This document shows positions 6,598 to 7,891 of a stretch of DNA of 7,891 nt, piece after piece (within the stretch, counting starts at the first letter, position 1; each line of letters opens with the position of its first letter). The stretch is from positions 1 to 7,891 of the forward strand of contig BAAFSQ010000395.1 of NCBI GenBank assembly GCA_054661495.1, in the 5' to 3' direction. Both the position numbers and the translations under genes were made by a program. The notes beneath the pieces are model-generated. The model saw only the letters and a list, made by a program, of their open reading frames with translations. It was not told where the DNA came from and did not search any database. The DNA comes from Zygophlyctis sp. KS116 (lineage: Eukaryota; Fungi; Chytridiomycota).

Positions 6598-7323
6598 TCA
6601 AATTATCTGCGGAGCACTCATTGTCCTTTTAAGATGCTTGAAAGGCAATTCAATTTCCTGCGATGGTTTATCTGGATCGACATTCAAAATCTATGCTTTA
6701 AGTAAATATTGAAACTACATCATAGGAATGCAGAGCCAAGCTGTTCATAGATCGTTGATCTATATCAGACCGGGAGTGTATTGGATGTATTTCGAGTATT
6801 GAGCCTTTAAAGTCTCTTTCGCTGAGAGTTAGTCGAAGAGCTTCAAAGAAATTTTCCTGTAAGGAATCTTTATCGCCTCTAGAAATCAGGGATTTGAATC
6901 CAGAGATAAGCTGTATAAGGGGAGTAACAAGGTTGATCATAAATCGGAATTTCCAGGTGATCAGGAATGACCTATAAGGAGCCAATCCTCACGTGATAAA
7001 TGAGATATTAGAACCACGAGATTACAAGCGTCGATATGGACGATACGGATTGATTATAAATCATCAATCAAACATTGGATTATCTTAATCAGGGGAACTG
7101 AAATTTGCAAGATGTTCAGCGAACTGGGTAAAAGACTCAACGACTGATTCTTTTGCATTCAGTTCATGGTTATTTGCGGAATTTTCCTACAAGAGCCTAA
7201 GAGTAACAAAACGAGATTTTTCTTTCCAAAGTTTTAATTTTTTTGTTCATTCCAGAGTAAATTCCACACTAAGTAATCAAATACAAGTACTTTAAGTTCG
7301 TTACAATTTTCAATGAATTTCAT
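6598..7323 (-). pseudogene. Unresolved coding-like region: 3' exons of a hypothetical gene with a disrupted 5' part
   Basis: Open frame 6719-6985 can be spliced by a typical 28-nt intron (6691-6718, GTAGTT...TTAAAGCATAG) to 6598-6690 (ILNVDPDKPSQEIELPFKHLKRTMSAPQII*). Upstream, ATG 7323 gives MKFIENCNELKVLVFDYLVWNLLWNEQKN*. Intervening frames contain stops that I cannot remove with GTA..AG introns. Confidence 0.3.
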
Positions 7324-7474
7324 GTCCGCAACCTGTTATCAATGATCAATCAGAAGTACTTCATATATATTCCTTCTACAGAAGTAATGCTTAGATGTTT
7401 ATGGCCGCAAAGAAGATTGCTATTGCCGCTTTTGGCCGTATTTCAGACGCCAACATTTTCTAATCTGAACTAAA

Positions 7475-7891
7475 ATGAAGTTTCTCCAAATCGCAAACTA
7501 TATACTGATTTTTTCATTTACGGCATCAAAATGTATACTTCCAAGTATTAAAAGAACTTATACAACTGCTTCTGCTACAACTAAAGACCAACCTCGGGGA
7601 AATACACTCCAAACTTCAATACGTCGAGAACCTATACAAGTAAAAGAGCAGCAATTATCCTTACAATCCACTCTCTCAGATCCAAAAGTTGATTCGCCAG
7701 GGGATGGATTTGAGACACAACCTTCCAGTCTCACAAAGCCGCAACCAACGCCTACGTTATCACCTCAGCCATCAGATGACCCCCAGCTCGGATCATGGGA
7801 AGAGGATTCCTTAAAAATACACAATAAATACAGAAATCAATTAGTGACTTCAAATGGGTCGACCTTGGCTCCATTTACATGGCGCGCGGAT
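7475..7891 (+). CDS. Secreted CAP/SCP (PR-1/Pry-like) domain protein; truncated at the right edge
   Basis: Open from ATG 7475 to the window end (139 codons). Signal-peptide-like MKFLQIANYILIFSFTAS, then an S/T/P/Q-rich linker, then the start of a CAP domain: WEEDSLKIHNKYRNQL...LAPFTWRAD (HNxYR and PxxW motifs). Absent from the ORF track. Confidence 0.85.
   Translation, partial: MKFLQIANYILIFSFTASKCILPSIKRTYTTASATTKDQPRGNTLQTSIRREPIQVKEQQLSLQSTLSDPKVDSPGDGFETQPSSLTKPQPTPTLSPQPSDDPQLGSWEEDSLKIHNKYRNQLVTSNGSTLAPFTWRAD

Noticed and set aside
6640-6725. YDILNVDPDKPSQEI resembling a DnaJ J-domain start
   Set aside because: No HPD motif follows, and the frame stops shortly afterwards.
7401-7439. 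Imperfect inverted repeat ATGGCCGCAAAG...CTTTTGGCCGT
   Set aside because: Short, needs a bulge and wobble pairs, and lacks tRNA, snRNA or Helitron-end context; compatible with chance.
1-7891. Prokaryotic or viral system (operon, CRISPR array, defence island), rRNA or tRNA
   Set aside because: Spliceosomal introns and eukaryote-specific genes occur throughout; no repeat-spacer array or structured RNA gene is visible.

Overview
AT-rich, very compact eukaryotic genomic DNA from a flagellated organism, most likely a zoosporic (chytrid-like) fungus. This is an inference from an axonemal dynein light chain, a fungal IDO-gamma-type dioxygenase and a Pry-like CAP protein. The ORF track is fragmented because most genes are split by ultra-short spliceosomal introns: I reconstructed 16 GTA...AG introns of 23-35 nt (mean about 28 nt), plus one tentative. 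Spliced gene order: DNAL1/LC1 (-, runs off the left edge), an intronless PPxY/LYPxL + PH-like protein (-), an orphan 188-aa basic protein with possible microtubule-binding motifs (+), 5-formyl-THF cyclo-ligase (-), a decayed hAT transposon (-), indoleamine 2,3-dioxygenase of the gamma type (+), a claudin-like tetraspan protein (-), an unresolved or disrupted gene (-), and a secreted CAP/SCP protein (+, runs off the right edge). I see no evidence of a new multi-gene system. The strongest signal is the miniature-intron splicing architecture, followed by a possibly mitochondrial IDO-gamma, the orphan protein and the hAT relic.
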